22,790 nt of DNA from Candidatus Micrarchaeia archaeon (lineage in GTDB: Archaea > Micrarchaeota > Micrarchaeia > Anstonellales > Bilamarchaeaceae): contig JBKHJL010000017.1 in the NCBI GenBank assembly GCA_046538155.1, positions 1 through 22,790 on the forward strand, given 5' to 3'. Made by a program: the position numbers and the translations under genes. Below, piece by piece: positions 20,396 through 22,790 of this stretch. Each line of letters starts with the position of its first letter. The first letter of the stretch is position 1. Under the pieces are notes generated by a model. It did not search any database. It saw nothing but the letters and a program-made list of their open reading frames with translations, and was not told the origin of the DNA.

Positions 20396-20540
20396 ACAAG
20401 GTCATACTTTGTTTAATTCAAACAAAGAGGATTGACCTTAAGAACGTGGTAAAGAGTTACCTCTAGAAAGCAAGTTCGCCATCGCAATTAAGCAGCGAGA
20501 AATCCTCGGTAATACTCATTTGAGTATGGCCTTGGCGCAT
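20396..20540 (+). other. 23S intron 2: 145-nt ORF-less BHB-type intron after equivalent position 1938
   Basis: Removal restores GCGTAA|TACCTCG. 12-bp terminal stem 20397-20408/20523-20534, central helix GCGT/GCGC, bulges AA|A and AT|T; exon side is relaxed. Confidence 0.88.
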
Positions 20541-20565
20541 TACCTCGCCGCTTAATTGGCGGCTT

Positions 20566-21278
20566 AAGAATTTGACCCCTAGTATATATCAGTGGAAATG
20601 TACCTTCTTTGAGTATTTAAAGCACAGCTTGTAAGTAAGTTTATGACTCTTTCTTATTTGCTTGGTGCACTCAGGGATGGTTCGTTACCAAGGTGCATAA
20701 ACAAGGCCGAAGTTACTCTTGCAGCGGATTACTCTAGGAATTGGCTTGATGAAGTTGCCAAAATCGCTTCTGAAACTTTTTCCGTTCCATTGGAGCGGCT
20801 GAAAGTATACAGAACGATGGCAAACAAGAGCAAAGTTCCTTGTTTCCGCCTCAAAGTCTATTCAAAAGAACTTCATGGGAAGCTAGCTAAACACTATCCT
20901 CCCGGAAGCCAGCTTTATTGGTCTACGCCTGAGCTGGCAAAGAGTTCCAGGAATAATCTGGATTACATAGCTGGATTTTACGACGCTGAAGGTGGTTGCA
21001 GGAACCTGGAACGATTCCAGAGTGGAAAAACCAAAAGTTTTCAGGCGTGGTGTTCGATTAGGTGCAAGCACCATGCAAAACCAAACGAACCTTTGGAATT
21101 CCTGAAGAATTCGCTGCAGAAAATTGGAGTAACTTCAACTATCTACGATTCGGATGAGCTCGTAATGACGGGCATCCAGAACATTCGTAGATTTTATACT
21201 AACGTTCCTCTTCAGCATTCTAAAAAGAAAGGTGAATTGAGGAAGATGCTGGTATATTTAGGCGCATTTTCTGTCGAA
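20566..21278 (+). mobile_element. 23S intron 3: 713-nt BHB-type intron carrying a homing endonuclease, after equivalent position 1963
   Basis: Removal restores GGCGGCTT|GCATGAATGG. Central helix CGGC(20560-63)/GTCG(21273-76), bulges TT|A and AA|G, AGAA/TTCT stem and a ~15-bp stem 20578-20593/21248-21262. Confidence 0.9.
20616..20621 (+). promoter_or_regulatory. Putative intron-internal TATA box for the endonuclease
   Basis: TTTAAA 22-27 nt upstream of ATG 20643, close to the spacing at tpiA and the 6028 gene. Confidence 0.5.
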
Positions 21279-21284
21279 GCATGA
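20643..21284 (+). CDS. Intron-encoded two-motif LAGLIDADG homing endonuclease
   Basis: Motifs SYLLGALRDGS and YIAGFYDAEGG; lies in an rRNA intron; linear stop TGA (21282-21284) is in the downstream exon. Confidence 0.92.
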   Translation: MTLSYLLGALRDGSLPRCINKAEVTLAADYSRNWLDEVAKIASETFSVPLERLKVYRTMANKSKVPCFRLKVYSKELHGKLAKHYPPGSQLYWSTPELAKSSRNNLDYIAGFYDAEGGCRNLERFQSGKTKSFQAWCSIRCKHHAKPNEPLEFLKNSLQKIGVTSTIYDSDELVMTGIQNIRRFYTNVPLQHSKKKGELRKMLVYLGAFSVEA

Positions 21285-22262
21285 ATGGCGTAACGTCGCT
21301 TCTACTGTCCCTGCCTGGGACCTGGTGAACTCGCTTCCCGGTGAACATGCCGGGGACTCCTTGAGGGAAGAGAAGACCCCGTGGAGCTTTACTATAGCCT
21401 GTTGTTGTGATATTGATATGGCTACCGAGTGTAGGTGGGAGCCTTCGAAGCCGCCCCTCCGGGGGTGGTGGAGGCGAAAGTGGAACACCACCTAGTTGTA
21501 TCGGTATTGCTTACTTGCAAAAGGACAGCAGCAGGTGGATAGTTTGGCTGGGGCGGTACGCCCTCGATAGGGAAACAAGGGCGCCCAATGTTCTGCTCAG
21601 GCGGGTCAGAAATCCGCTGAAGAGGGTTAAAGACAAATGCAGGACTGACTGTGTTTCTACAAGCGTGGAACGCAGAGGTGAAAGCCGGGCTTAACGAACC
21701 TTAGTACTCTATTGATGGGAGTCTAAGCTGTCAGACAAGCTACCCCGGGGGTAACAGGCTCGTCGCGGGCGAGAGTACACATCGACCTCGCGGCTTGGTA
21801 CATCGCTGTCGGCTTGGGACATCCTGGAGGTGCAGGAGCCTCCAAGGGTTGGGTTGTACATCCATTAAAGTCCCACATGAGCTGGGTTCAGTACGTCGCG
21901 AGACAGTACGGTAACATCTTCAAGGAGTGTTGGTTTCTGAGGGTAAGGGTCCTTGAGTACGAGAGGAACAGGGACTCGAGGCCACTGGTCTACCGGTTGT
22001 ATCAAAGCATTGCCGGGCAGCTACGCCTTATACCGATAAGACCTGAAAGCATCTAAGGTCGAAGCGGCTCCCAAAACGAGAAACCTAAAGACCGCCTATA
22101 ACAGATAGGTTTGATAGAAGCGGGGTGTAAGTTCTTAGGGAAACCGAGGAATTCAGCCTGCGCTCACTAAAGGTATAAAATTCAAACTCTATGGCTATCA
22201 TTTTCCTACTTATTTGCTTTTGCTTAGCGTGAGCGCTGCTAGATATGCAAGGGTGCTTTGAC

Positions 22263-22790
22263 CTATGCTTCTACTTTTTTTGCCTTCGCAAAAACTCCCA
22301 GCCTGGAGATCGCCTTAGTAGTATAAAAGATGTTATTATTAACTCCTGCTGTAAGATCCCTTATGCTGTATTTCGGAGGACCACCTTGCATCTCCTCCCC
22401 CACTTGCCCCCGGATATTCACTGCCCTTTTAGCTATTTGTTTTACTTTTTTTTCTTTGTATCCCATTCCTCTCATCGCCCTTCTTACTAAGGTATCCCTC
22501 CTCTCTTTTAGCCGGTTTAATTTGACAAGTGTTTCTCTTTCCAATTTTGCAACTTCTCTACTGTATTCCGTGTTTTCCAAGCTTTCACCGACACTTCCGG
22601 TACGAGCCTTTATGTTTCCAGTTCCGATAGTTACATTATTCTTATATTTGTTAGTTATGCCAGCCAATTTCTTTCTAAAATTATCATAAACTCTTCCCAT
22701 TTGGTTGTTTATCTTATTTGCAGTTTGGAGGAGCTCTGTTGCTGTTTGTCCTGTCTCTCTCTCAGGTGTTTTTGCTTTAGCGGCTTTTTT
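22263..22790 (-). CDS. Hypothetical Lys/Arg-rich protein, 5' end outside the window
   Basis: The frame stays open upstream of ATG 22700 to the window edge (KKAAKAKTPERETGQ...NNQM). Confidence 0.6.
   Translation of the reverse strand, partial: KKAAKAKTPERETGQTATELLQTANKINNQMGRVYDNFRKKLAGITNKYKNNVTIGTGNIKARTGSVGESLENTEYSREVAKLERETLVKLNRLKERRDTLVRRAMRGMGYKEKKVKQIAKRAVNIRGQVGEEMQGGPPKYSIRDLTAGVNNNIFYTTKAISRLGVFAKAKKVEA

Larger units (their letters stand above)
18392..22188 (+). rRNA. rrl: 23S rRNA, archaeal, interrupted by three introns (exons ~18392-20355, 20385-20395, 20541-20565, 21279-~22188); ends approximate
   Basis: GAATTGAAACATCTTAGTA, GACTGTTTACCAAAAACA, P-loop TTTGGCTGGGGCGG and sarcin-ricin loop AGTACGAGAGGAAC (21956-21969); helix 2 pairing 18409-18417 with 18904-18912; about 2.9 kb after intron removal. 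Confidence 0.97.
18380..22200 (+). repeat. 18-bp perfect inverted repeat (18380-18397 / 22183-22200) forming the terminal/processing stem of pre-23S
   Basis: TGATAGCCATAGAGTTTG is the reverse complement of CAAACTCTATGGCTATCA. Confidence 0.9.

Noticed and set aside
20442..20540. 33-codon open frame in intron 2
   Set aside because: No early ATG, no motif, and 145 nt is not a multiple of three for rolling translation.
20356..21278. Group I intron or a single large insertion
   Set aside because: No group I core is evident; two conserved exon pieces lie inside the interval and all junctions fit BHB geometry.
18301..22056. Short ORFs overlapping the 23S exons on both strands
   Set aside because: Shadow ORFs of rRNA sequence with no protein motifs.
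1..22790. CRISPR array, IS element or integrase at tRNA-Pro
   Set aside because: No spaced repeats, transposase or integrase motifs, or duplicated tRNA end seen.

Overview
Gene-dense archaeal chromosome segment; the gene set, TATA-box spacing and a divergent stand-alone 23S rRNA suggest a DPANN lineage such as Micrarchaeota (inference). Left to right: CPA1 cation/H+ antiporter, tpiA, a 654-aa orphan, thrS, a large beta-helix surface protein, glmM, a lipoprotein with a CGP-CTERM-like tail, a GlmU-like enzyme, a DUF460 protein, tRNA-Pro(UGG), a minus-strand run trpS-nop5-metallophosphoesterase-GNAT, an APC permease, a 23S rRNA gene and a partial basic ORF. Main finding: the 23S gene has three bulge-helix-bulge (BHB)-type introns (29, 145 and 713 nt) in helices 69-71, separated by exons of only 11 and 25 nt. 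Only the third encodes a protein, a two-motif LAGLIDADG endonuclease whose ORF has no stop inside the linear intron and would gain a different 22-aa C-terminus from the circularised intron. All calls come from manual motif reading and hand-checked base pairing; no searches were run.
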